Origin: Gekko japonicus
Lineage: Eukaryota
Assembly (NCBI RefSeq): GCF_001447785.1
Contig: NW_015174292.1
Coordinates: 777,847-841,846 of the forward strand
Direction: 5' to 3'
Length of the DNA: 64,000 nucleotides
The position numbers were made by a program, and so were the translations under genes. The notes under the pieces were generated by a model, which was not told the origin of the DNA, made no database searches, and saw only the letters and a list, made by a program, of their open reading frames with translations. The first letter of the stretch is position 1; each line of letters starts with the position of its first letter. This document shows, in pieces, positions 49,815-61,779 of the stretch.

Positions 49815-50431
49815 AGGTTCTGCTGGTTCTTACCTTTAAAGCCTTATACAGCCAGGGTCCGACATACCTGAGGGACCGCCTTTCCCCATATATACCCCCA
49901 AGGGCACTACGGGTCAGGGACACAACATCTACTGGTGATTCCAGGCCCCAAAGAGGCCAGGCTTGCTGTCACTAGGGCCAAGGCCTTTTCGGTGGCGACT
50001 CCTACCTGGTGGAATGAGCTCCCGGAAGAGATCTGGGCCCTGCGGGACCTTGCACAGTTCCACAGGGCCTGTAAGACGGAGCTCTTCCTCCAGGCTTTCG
50101 ATTAGGAGCTGCCACCACCACCATCACTACCACCACCAATGAGTTGGCAACAGCGAGGTATTGGAATGGCCCGGCGACAAATGAACTGCAGTACTATGGT
50201 GTACGGAGACCACTGAACTGAGATCTGATTAAATATCTGCCTCTATCTGCTTAAATATCTACTAAATGGAAGACTTATCTCAGACCATCTTGGAGCACTT
50301 TATTTTATAAATTTGGTAACAAATTGTTTTATCCTGTTTTTATGTACTAGTATGCATGCCCTGATGTTAACTGCCCTGAGCCCGTCTGCGGGAGGGTGGC
50401 CTAGAAATCGAATAAATAAATAAATAAATAA
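49815..50431 (+). mobile_element. L2-type LINE 3' fragment (young)
   Basis: It encodes VLVLTFKALYSQGPTYLRDRLSPYIPPRALR..AKAFSVATPTWWNELP and has a (CCA)n tract and an (AAAT)n tail. Confidence 0.88.
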
Positions 50432-51114
50432 TGTCTTTGCAGGTTCCCTAGTGTGCAACTATGCCCTGACAGGTGAACAGAACAGCACTATTGGGTAGAG
50501 GCTGCCAGGGGTAGGGAAGGAGGGAAAACTGAAGACAGGGGAGCAGATAAAAGTAGGCTGATGGGTGGGAAGCAGAGAAGGAGGTAGGAAAAGGGTAGCA
50601 TCCAGGGCCAGCTTCCATCCCCTATTTAGCCCCCCTCCCACTGGGCAAGCCATGAACGCCCGGAGCCCCAAGGGCGTTTGTCCTCTGAAACCAGCTGCTT
50701 GTAACTCTGTCCTTGCACGACAGCCCCAGCATGATGACGTCACTACTGCAGTTGTCATTATGTTGGTGGCATCCCTGTGGGATGCTACTGTTCAGGGGTG
50801 TGGCTTCCCCTGCCAGCCAGCAGTGGATTGGGGGCCCTGAAATCAGGGGATCCCCTGCCCCAACCGGGAAGATGGCAACCCTACCTAGAGGGAAGGTGTA
50901 GGCAAATCTTTCACATGGTGCTCTTCCCTTAGCTTCAAAGCTTAGCTTCTTAGCTGTCTCCTTCTCCTTCTCTCTCCCCCCTCCCATTTTTCTCAATAAA
51001 TTGCCAAGTGCTCCATATTATCTGTAGTAACTGATTGGAATCTTGAATTTTTTCTGTGAGATAATGATTTTCACATATAACAAATTTTCATTGGATATTC
51101 ATGGATTCAAGGTA

Positions 51115-51540
51115 ATGACTAGAGTGAGTTATTGGGACCATATTACTCCAGTCTTGTTCCATCTACACTGGCTTCCAGTTTGCTCCTGGCTGCATTTCAA
51201 AGTGCTGGTACTGACCTTTACAGCCCTATGCAGCTTGAGGCTAATATATCCCAAGGACCACCTACTTCCATGGTCATCTTCAGGGGCTCTGCTTCCATCA
51301 GAGGCTAGAAAGGTGGCTACCCAAGAAAGGGTCTTCTAAGGTGTGGGATTCCATCCTCAGCAAGGCCTGTCCCGGCTATCATTGTCTTCTGCCAGCAGGT
51401 GAAGAGGTTTGCTTTGGCTAGGGTTTCATCAGTGACCTCCTATATTTTATATATGTGTACTTCAAAGTTTGTTTTAATGTTTTGCTTGTTCACAACCTAA
51501 GTTGGGCGCAAAGATAGCATAAGAACATTTAAAAAAAATA
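51115..51540 (+). mobile_element. Old L2 3' fragment
   Basis: DHITPVLFHLHWLPVCSWLHFKVLVLTFTAL is the canonical L2 ORF2 C-terminal motif. Confidence 0.85.
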
Positions 51541-52864
51541 ATATAGTGAAAAAGTGAGGACATTGGTGAATGCCAAGGATTTTCAGACCCTTTGTTTTAT
51601 TTATTTGTTTATTTTAAAATATATTAGTCCAAATAGCAAAACTGAAACACTCTAAAATGCACAAATTACAAATTTATACTACTCAAAACATAACCCCCAA
51701 CCCACAAACCTTTTTAAAAAAACATACAAAATTAGCATGAACACAGTTGAAAATAATCTACTCTCCACCAAAGGCTCTCAGGAATAAAATTCTCTTACAC
51801 ACCATCCTTAAGATGCCTATTTAGAATTTCAAATGTTATAGATACAAAGACAGTTCAGACGGACTTACATACCACCATATATGACATGACACATGCTTCA
51901 CTTCCCTCTTATTTTTATCATCCTGAACATGTGAAGCTGCTTTAAACCAAGTATGCCTGTTGCTTCATCTATCACAGCATTGCCTTGTTTGTCTGGCAGT
52001 GCCTCAGGCTCTCAGGAAAAGGATAGCCTCTATACCTAGGCTTGGCCTGGCCTGTTTCCGTGGCCCAGGTGTGCCTCTTCAATCATTTGCTGGCTGGCTC
52101 CTGGAGATTCTCTAGTTTGCCTTCAGGCAGGCAGCCTGTTCCCTGGCACCCTTCCTTCCCTCCAATAGCAGTGGACCAGGTAAGTATCCTGCCTCTGGGG
52201 CCTTGGTGGGGGAAAGGGTTGAGTATGGGTGGGGGCTTGCATGCAGACATAAATTTTCATAATTGTTTCTAGCCTTACAATCTGAACCCATCAATTATAG
52301 TGGTAGGGGAAGAGATTAATGCAGGAATTGATTTCTTTCACAGCTTGAATTAGGAAATTACTACAAATTGAAGGCCGGAAAATCCCTACTTTTTCTTTGA
52401 AAAGACATGTGAACCAAGTACACCGTGATTTATGTCAACAGTCCATGATTCTGAAATAAACTAATTATGCACTAGAGCTGGAAAGTTGTACTTTTAATTT
52501 TTTAAGCAGTGAGCCGCTGGAATTAAGTTAACATGAACCAGGTGTTTCGCCTTTGAAAGCAGGAAAGCTGATCCATTCCAGTCAAGCACTGGTGGAGGAC
52601 ATTTGGGATGGAAAACCACGAGCAATTTCAGTATCTTTGGTGCCCTTTATTGACAATTAATAAGGTGCAGATGTTCTGTTTTCACAATGTGCAAATGATG
52701 CCATACAAGGAGTTCTAGTTATTAAATTAAATGTCATAAAGAGGCATCACTTCGTACTCAAAAATGCTTCTACAGTGTTACCCTTTCCATGTGTGACAAA
52801 CACGCACATTTTTGTTCCATAATGGCTACTTGCAGTGGAAAACCTCTCCCTGTAATATTTGAGT

Positions 52865-53367
52865 GACAGCCAGCATGGTGTGGTGGTTAAAGGGCTGGAC
52901 TAGGATCTGGGACACCAAGGATTGAATCTGTCTGCCATGGAAGTTTGCTGGCTGATCTTGGGCTCTCTCATCCCACATACCTCACAGGCTTGTTGTGAGG
53001 ATAAAATGGAGACAAGGAGATTGATGTAAGCTGGTTTGGGTTCACAGCAATGTGGATTCTGTGAATTTAGGCAGATCATGAAAGGGAGGGCAGGGAGGGT
53101 TGCCTCAGTGCTTAGTTCTTGTGGCCCTTTTTTACATGCTCAGGGAAATGCTGATTGCCACTTAGGGGGCAGGAAGCAGTCCTGGAGGGTTTTTTTTTTA
53201 TCATGGAACAGCAATCACTATGGGTGTGGAGGGGAAGGTATTGGTTAATTTCCTGCATTGTGCAGGGGGTTGGACTAGATGACCCTGGAGGTCTCTTCCG
53301 ACTCTATGATTCTATGATTCTACATTGGGCAGAAAAGTGGGGTATAACTGAAGTAAATAAATAAACA
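52865..53367 (+). mobile_element. Sauria-type SINE with a nested CR1 3' end (~53055-53322)
   Basis: The SINE head is gacagccagcatggtgtggtggttaa. The CR1 end has an (ATTCTATG)n tail, and the SINE resumes cattgggcagaaaagtggggtata..(AAAT)n. Confidence 0.85.
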
Positions 53368-53979
53368 AAATTTTGCTCCTGACGTATATGGAGGTCTAAT
53401 GTAACTAAACTCAGGGTTACCTCCATAGACCCAGACTAAATTTTCCATCAGCTAAACAGAAGCTGCCTGCCCCTCCCTTTCCATGGATCTTAATGAATTG
53501 GTGCTTCCTGTGAGACAGGGGTCTCCAAGGACTGGCATGAAGGGAGTCTACAGCAGAAAGGGGGAATCATTAAAAATTACCCTTCTCTTTCCATTTGCCA
53601 AGAATTTACACTGAATCGAACGAATCCATTCTATGATTAAAGGTCATTCAAAGGGAATGGTCTGAAAGATGCTCAAGTTTAGATCATGGCAACCTCTTAG
53701 GGGGAAAGAAAAGGACCCTCTTGTGCTGTTTTTCCAGAGAGCTGTTAATGATGGTATAGCGATCTTGCCCTCTTCCCACCCTCATTCACAAGATTTTCAC
53801 TTTTTCTTCTTCTGCTGAGCAGCCCCTATATCTGTTTTCTTCTTACTAGTTGGTCTATGGCTGTACCACCCTGTCATGTTATTATATATTTTGATGCTGG
53901 CACAGCCCAGGGACTGGAGGGAAGAGACAAAATCACCTTCTTATATTCCACTCCTGTAATGCCTTTTATGGCCTATATG

Positions 53980-54590
53980 GTCCTTTAAAGCCCTATATGG
54001 CCAGGGTCCAGCATACCTGAGGGACCGCCTTTCCCCATATTTCCCCCCAAGGACACTACGGTCAGGGACTCAACATATTGGTAATTCCAGGGCCCAAAGA
54101 TACCAAACTTGCTGCAGCTAGGGCCAGGGCCTTTTTGGTGGCGACTCCTACCTGGTGGAAGGAGCTCCCAGAGGAGATCCAGGCCCTGCGGGACCTGGCA
54201 CAGTTCCACAGGGCCTGTAAGATGGAGCTTTTCCACCAGGCTTTTGAGTAGGAGCCGCCACCACCACTACCATCACCGCACCACCACTACCAATTGGAGT
54301 GGGTACCATCGGGGAGCGAGATGGCCCTGGGATGAAGAATGGATGGCAGTGCTGTCTGGAACTTACTTTGTTACTTTGTTGTTCTGGGACCATCTTTACC
54401 AGAACCCCATCTTGTTATTAAGGACTTTTGTGACAACTAGAGCACCTGAACTTTACTGTATTGTATAAATGATTGTTTTATTATGTTTTTAATTGTATTA
54501 ATCTTTGCATACGTGCCTCATCCGTTAGCTTCCCTGAGCCCACTTTGGGGAGGGTGGGTTATAAATCCAAAAATAAATAAATAAATAAAA
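53980..54590 (+). mobile_element. L2-type LINE 3' fragment, same subfamily as 49815-50431
   Basis: It is highly similar to 49830-50140 (cctttaaagcc..catacctgagggaccgcctttccccatat..), with the same (CCA)n tract and (AAAT)n tail. Confidence 0.88.
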
Positions 54591-54594
54591 ACAA

Positions 54595-55201
54595 GAGGCT
54601 TTTGAAAGTTCAAAATAAACAAATTATTTTATTTAACTTGGAGGGGGAAAGGTCAGGTGGAATCAGGGGTAGGATGTATGAGGTGAACCAATAATAAAAA
54701 CTGAGATAACATTGTAATCACACTAAATCCAGTTAATATGTTGCCAACAAGTAAGTGTTATTGCTTTTCAACATGGTCTTTGCAACTTTGAGGAGAAAGG
54801 CTTCCTTTTCTGTTTCTGCTTTAACAGGCATAGATTTCTGAGTTTCACTGACACTTAAGGTTTAGAAGGCAGGAACATACAACCAAGTCCCCGAAATCCT
54901 TCTATATATACAGACCTGGGATTACTTCTTGTTTTAGAGCTATTTCCCTTTCCCCTGAGCAAGGGTTACTTCTCTTGAGTAGATGCTCTGTCCCTTTTCA
55001 GCTTGAATGGGGATCCACTGTGATCCATTCACTCCTTCAGTCTCTTTCCCAGTCTACAGTCAGTGCTTAACTGTCTCTTCTTCAACTGTCAGTTCCAACT
55101 GTCATTTCTTAACTGATGCACAACAGAATTCAGTTTGAATTGCCTGTAACTCAAAGGTTCTCAGACTCTGTTAGAATGTTACCCCCTGACAATCTGTCAC
55201 A
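54595..55201 (-). mobile_element. Possible LTR remnant
   Basis: It ends ctgtcaca, has a minus-strand AATAAA at ~54628 and has caactgtca repeats. The left end is unresolved. Confidence 0.35.
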
Positions 55202-56569
55202 GATGTCTACATGTAAGTTTCCCAGTGGAGTGGATAGCAACTTCCAAAGGCATTTCAATTCAAGAAACTGAAATGGGTGAAGGGAGTGTGCACCTGAATC
55301 CTCTTCTCCATGCATGCCATCATCCAGATCAGAATCAGGTCTCTACATGCCTGGGAAGGACTCAGTGCACATGTGATCCAAGGGCCTCATGGTGACCTTA
55401 AGAACAGGTAGAAAAGAGAGGGAGCTGTGTATCATCCACATATTGATGACACTGTGCTAAATGTAGAATGGTTGTTTTACTGATTTTATTGTATTTATTG
55501 AATTGATTAATTGTATTTTGTATTTTAGAAGGTTTTTAAAATGCATATGTTATGAATTGATGTCACCTGCTCTGAGCTGGTTTTGGGGAGAGCGGGTTAT
55601 AAATTTGATTAATGAATTAAATGATCCATTCCTATCCAGATTAATCCTACTGATTTAGGCAAATCTCCTGGCACAAGTCTGTAATTAGATCATTAAATAT
55701 TTACATTCTACCATTTAAGATGGTGTAAAACTCATATATAGGGGCAATATACAGATGTTTGATAAGAAGGGGGGAGGGGGGCAAAGCAAAGGGGAGATAG
55801 GGGAAGGAGTGGAGGTCAAAAGTAGCTGTAGCCAGCAGCTAGGATGCCCTCAACCATAGGCCTGGTGGAACAACTCTGTTTTGTAGGCCCTGCGACTGAA
55901 CAACAACAACAAACTAGAACCTTGAACTTGATCCGGTCCTCAGTCTGGAGCCACTGCAGCTGATTGAGCACGGGTTGGATTTTCTGTTTCAATGGACTGT
56001 AACTCTGGAATGAATCTAAGGATTTGTAAAATTTACTTTAAATTTCCTTGGTGGTCTTGCTCAACCTTCCGGAAATGCAAAACATCTTTTCTGTTTTTAT
56101 TTTAAAGTAGTACATTAATATGTATGGAAAAATAGTTCCAAGTTACATAGATTCAGTCTAGCATATACACTGTGAAGTAATGCTAGGTGGCCAAGGCAGA
56201 CTGATTTTTGTGAAAGAAAGAAATTGCTTGGTATATAGGTTTAAAAAACCCACATTGCTTAGAGTACATTTATTTCAGATAAAGAGAACCTGCTCTTCCT
56301 TATTTGTTTATTATCACTGAAAATCTAAACGAAAGTGGCATAGGTGACAGGGGAGACTTGCCAGGTAATGCCTGGCAGTGGGAATGTTTGTTTGTCCCAG
56401 AAAATAGAAGTATGACTATGACTATAATGCAGACTTATGTCCAGACTGGGGAGGCAACCGAAAAACACAAGGAAAAGAAGGTACTAGTGGGAAGTGGAAA
56501 GGAGCAGGGCAGAAGGGAAAGAGTTGGAGCACTGAGCCTTGAAACCCTTCTGCATCAAGTGGGGAGGGA

Positions 56570-57165
56570 AGGACTGGGCAGCCATGGAGGCAGTGGCGCC
56601 AGAGTGAGCCCGGAGGGGGTGGGAGCAGGCAGGGCAGAGGCTGCCAAGTTGTGAGCAGAGGCTGGCTGAGCAGGCCGCATGGGCTCACCACGCATTGGGG
56701 CTTTTGATGGGGGTGGGGGGAGGGCGGCAATGCAGTTTGGAGCAACTCACCCACTGTTGCTTCTGCAACCCACACGAGGCTTGAACCCGCCTGACTCCTC
56801 CCCTCACAGACAGCCACCCGGAGGAGCAACTTGGCCAAGTGGCACTCTCTTGCTGGCCACCCCGTGGACCCTAGCGGGAAGGAGGCAACGCAAAGTCGTG
56901 CCCTCCGCTCCCCTCAGCCCAACGAGTCAGGGCGGCTCTGGAGGTTGCTGCCACTGGAGAGGTGCTGGGCTACCAAGCACCCTCCAGCTGAGGCTTTCTC
57001 TCGCCGTCTCTGCCCACCCCCCTGCACGGCAAACAGCTTCCCCACACAATGCTGCATCCGGCACCCGCCGCTGCCGCTTCCTCCCATCGGGTTCAGTCTG
57101 GCACCCTAAGGTCCGGCTCGCGCTCTAGGCGAATGCCTAGTTCACCTAGCAGGTGAGCCGGCCCT
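56570..57165. mobile_element. GC-rich hAT-like MITE remnant
   Basis: The right end gccctaag..cgctctaggcgaatgcctag..gagccggccctg is a CAGGGCCGGC-type TIR. The left end was not identified. Confidence 0.5.
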
Positions 57166-57409
57166 GCACAAGAGCCTTGTATACCTTCAAAAGTGCTGGC
57201 ACATATTGAGTTTCTTGGATAAAGAAAGACTTCCTTAGAGCCAGCAGAGCTAAGCCAGTTTTGTGCTTGAGATACTGAACATGCTTGGACTGAGATAAGT
57301 TTGACTGGAATGCAATTCCTAGGTATCTAAATTCTAGCAGGAACTCCTTTGCATATTAGGCAACACACCCCTAATGTAGCCAATCCACCAAGAGCTTACA
57401 GAGCCTCAT

Positions 57410-57830
57410 CAACCTATTGTAATTTGTACACACCAATTTCCCATCTTTTGTTTAATCAGTTTGTTGACTTTGTAAACACCATGATCTTAGATTTATCTTC
57501 ATTTATCTCCAAAAGTTCACTATTTCAATAGGCAATGAATGTTTATATAGTGCACTTTAGACAAACCTGAGTTCTGGAGAGCAAGAGAAGGTTGTCAGTG
57601 TATAGCAAGGCAGGTACTGGGTGATTTCCCAGACACAGTGGAGATGCCTTGCAAGCTTGGAACAAAGTCATTCAACTACAGGTTGAATAGATGAGGTGCA
57701 AGTACACAGCCCTGGCTGGCAGACACCTCTTTGGACAGGTATTTTTTGATATAGATCCCAGTTTGTTTAACACATAATGAATTTTCAGAGTAGAGGTTCA
57801 TTATTAACTTTAACAATCTCCTGGGTAGAT
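57410..57830 (-). mobile_element. Decayed RTE-X RT fragment
   Basis: RRLLKLIMNLYSENS..QGCVLAPHLFNL is followed by a PALLYTDNLLLLS (YADD-like) motif. It parallels 32999-33391. Confidence 0.7.
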
Positions 57831-60404
57831 GTGCAAGGGCAGTATAAGGCATTCTGATAGGAGGTGAACTCAGAAGGGCTGTGTCAGAGAAAATTGTGGG
57901 AAAAAGCCTCTGAAGACGAGCTCCAAGTGAGGCAGCAACTTCCACCAGAGAAGCATGGTACTTCACTCCAAGGAAGACATTGGGGTAAAAACCAAATAAT
58001 TTATTTGACTCCTACCTAATTCATGTATCAGAACCTGTTCTATGATGTCCTGTCCTACGGAGTTGCCTTCATCACTAACCAAAATCACAGATATCTTGGA
58101 GGGTATGGAATGTGTGTGTGTGTGTGTGTAAACTCATCCAATGTGCACACCAATGAAGGACCTGTATCTGTAGCTGAACAATATACAAGGCAACACATGG
58201 ATTTTCTATGTATGTGCAGTTTTGTTAGTATGTAACATAGAAAATGTGTGTTATCCTAATCACAAAAAATAGCAGCTACACATATTTTGAGCATAGTGGG
58301 TAGTGTGTGCTCCCACTGGTGGGCTCCCAGTTTGTGTGGCTGTAACATCTCTAAAGGAGTACACTTCTGCAATCTCAATTAGTTAATAAACCCCAAAGCA
58401 TTTGGATGTCAATATAATTAACAGATAAAGAAATCACTGGAAATCAAAAGGGTTTGGACCAAGCTGTTGGAGTATAAGCAATCTGTCCCTTGTCCATTCA
58501 CAATTTATAGTCATTTAAAAAAAATAATGTTGAAAGTATTCAGTAGTCTAAGAACTGGAAATGTTACCAACGCTTAAAATATCAAAAAAGAATACTTTGC
58601 ACCAAAGTACTCTCTGCATGTGGATAGAATAAGGAGACCTGATACCATTAGATGGGTCTCCCTCTCAGATGATCAAAAGGTGAAGTAGATATTAGTCCCT
58701 ATATGGCCGCCTTCACCCCCCACACTGTCCAAAGCAGGCAGTGAGTGTCATGCTGGTTGGCTGTTCCTTCTGCCATCTGCAGCAAACCCTGATGTTCTAC
58801 CCCATGCCTCTATGAGGGCACAGGTCCTGGAACAGCCTTGCTTCATTCTTGCACAAGCACGACAAGGGACATTGCTAATAGTCAAATGTGATAAACTGGA
58901 GTAAGACAGTATTGGCAGAACACTCAAAATGAAACTGCACAGCGGCTACTTAACAGTGCTTTGGTCACAGAGGGGACGTGGCAGTTAATTGACTGGGAGT
59001 TGCAGTTCTTCAGTTCCATATTAGTAAAGCCCTGACCCAGTCAGCCTCTGTGCCTCAAGATATTGCAACACTGGGAAATAAGGGATCAAATGTTTGCTTG
59101 CTTCTAACATGCCTCTGTTGAGAACAACCCAGGATATTGGAAGTACAAAGAGAACTTCTTTCTTCTCCTCAAGAAAGTCTAAAAAGAGCCATTTTAAAGG
59201 GGGTCACGGTTTGCTTCAAAATAATTCATTGAGTCTGTCTGGCATTTGACATTCAGATCATCCATGGATTATATTTGGTCACTGAAAACTACACTAAGCT
59301 TTGTGTGTAGATTAATATAAATTTTCTTTGAAGAGGCCTACAGGTTAAGAAGAAAGTCTGGAAAATGTTTAACATCACTTGGTCTTCTTTATTCCATATG
59401 TAAGAAGAACATTCCCATGAAAATAAGGCTTCTGTTTTAAACTCACTACCACCAACAACAACCAAGCTCCCAGCAGCCTGGCAACGCCGCTGGTCATCGG
59501 GGGCTGCTCTGCCACCCTGAGGAAGCCGGGCAGCAACAGAGCCATGATGCCTGGCATCATGACGTAAGCAGGGGGTGGAGCTGGCCTGGATAAATGGCCA
59601 GGTTCCGCTCCCGCCCGATGTCAGTTGCTCCAATGTGCTCAAGCCGGTAACAGCTCGGAGCACGCAGGGAGTGAAGGCTAGGGCCTCTGAGGTGGGCCCA
59701 GGAAGTGGCAGGCCATGGCGGTGGCCAGAACATCAGGGCCGCAGTGGCAAGAATGTCAGGGCCGTGGCGGCGGCCAGAACATCGGGGCTGTGGTCCGATC
59801 TGGAGGATTGGGAGGCTTGCGGCGGCAGGGCGGCTCGCCGCGGTGCCTCACCGTCTTGTTTAAGAAAAAAAACACATACACAAGAATGGGGCCCCCCTTT
59901 TAGGCTGGGGGGGATATTAGAGGGCATGGGGTGTGAGTGGTTGCAGTTGGTGAGGCTGCTTAGTGCCACCCCCCCTCATAAGTTTTCCCCACAGTACGGC
60001 GGCCTGCTCTTGGCCCCCTCCCCTTCCCTCTATATCTGCATTTTGGCACCGGGGGCTGGGTGGCTGATAACTATCACCCCTCCTGTTTAATTGGGGGGAT
60101 TCCGATTATTGAGCCAGGGCTCATAGGCCGTCCTTGCAACCTGCCTCTCCAGTGTTGGCCATTTTGTGGTGGTGCCCAGTGGTGAGTGGTGGCAGCCATT
60201 TTGTTTGTGAAGGGTGGCCATTTTATATTGTAATTAAAAATAAATACAGGGGGAGGAACATGGGAAAACACTTTACCTCTTTCTTTTGGTACAGAAGTGA
60301 TGCTGGTTCCAGCCAAGTGTTCTTGGTTGAGGGACTGGCAGCAGGGTAGAGCTGCCTCACTCATTCTATGTTACGTGGTGGGCAGCTAGGCCCTTGATTT
60401 CTGT

Positions 60405-61400
60405 AGACCAGTGTGGTGTAGCTGTTGAGTGTGTAGTCTCAAATTTGGGAGAACCAGGATTGATTCCCTGCTCCTCCACTTGCAGCTGCTGGATGACCTT
60501 GGGCAAGCCATGGTTCTGACAGAGCTGTTCTTTAAAGAGCAGTTCACAAAAGAGCCCTCTCAGCCCCACCTACTTTGCAGGGTGTCTATTGTGGGGAGGG
60601 GAAGAGAAAGGAGTTTGTGGGATACTTTAAGGCTCCAAGGGAGGGGTAGGGTATACATCCTATCTCCTCCTTCTTTCCTCCATCTGCTGTTGCTGGCATG
60701 GCTTTTACGGTAGGATTTATAAGGGTACTAATCTATGCAATAACTGCCTTGAGGGCATTTTGGGGAAGAGAGGTGGCTCAGTGAGAGACCATCTGCTTGA
60801 CATGCAGATGGTCCCAGGTTCAATCCCCAGCATCGTTAGTTAAAGGATTTGGCAGTAGGTGATATGAAAGACCTCTGCCTAAGACCTGGAGAGCCTTTGT
60901 TAGTCTGAGTAGGCAATACTCGTTTTATCAAGCTTTAAAGTGTACAGCACTATTGAGGGGGTCTTTCCCTTAGGAAGAATAACAATGGTTTACCTACTTA
61001 TAGCAGCAGGGCTTCTTTATATCTGAGACTGTAAATAGAGATTTCTATTCAAAATAGCATATTACATGGCTTTTTTCTGAGAAAGACAGTATAAACTGCC
61101 AGTTCTTCAGATTACAATATTTGCCCCTAAGGCAAAGGGATGTATTTCCGAGTAGTGATGAAGAGTGCCAGACTCTAATCCGGGGGAACCAGGTTTGATT
61201 CCACATTCCTCCACATGAAGCCAGCTGGGTGACCTTGGGTCAGTCACAGTTCTCTTGGAGTTGCTCTCTCAAGAGCGTTTCTCTTGGCGCTCTCTCGGCC
61301 TCACCTACCTCGCGGAGTGTCTTTTGTGGGGAGAGGAAGGTAACAAGATTGTACGCCACTCTGAGTGAGGAGCAGGGTATAAATCCAGTCTCTTCTTCTC
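60405..61400 (+). mobile_element. Cluster of three tRNA-derived SINEs (60405-60680, 60765-60920, 61150-61400)
   Basis: A- and B-box-like heads (tggtgtagctgttga..ggattgattccc; ggctcagtgaga..ggttcaatcccc; agtagtgatgaa..ggtttgattcc). The first and third copies end in (TTC/CTC)n tails. Confidence 0.8.
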
Positions 61401-61779
61401 CTCTGAATACTATTGAAGCCTTTAACTGTAAACTATGAATAGAAACAGAATTTGAGGTGTGGGAGTGCAGCCAATGGGAACAGCTACTTGAAACTGGGTA
61501 GCTTAATTGGGCACTTAGAGTGTGGGGGTGAAATCAAGTGTAATCTGAATGGAAAACAACTAAACTTCTAATAGTGTTAGGATTCATGATATCCATTGCA
61601 ATATGTCATTAGTACCTTATGTTTTCTGTTTTTAGCAGGGATACTGTGTGACTTCCAATCTGATGCTGTGATCTGGGAATCTGACAGCTGGCATGTCGTT
61701 ACATCTTATTGGTTTGGTCCTAATGAGAATTCTTCACAGGTTTAATAGTGCATTTGTCTTTAAGGGGAGGTCCAGTGAG

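Noticed and set aside
60770-60835. tRNA gene
   Set aside because: A tRNA-like SINE head with broken stems that continues into the SINE body.
61639-61739. Plus-strand exon candidate after ttttctgtttttagcag
   Set aside because: Weak donor (gtttaa) and an unrecognised peptide.
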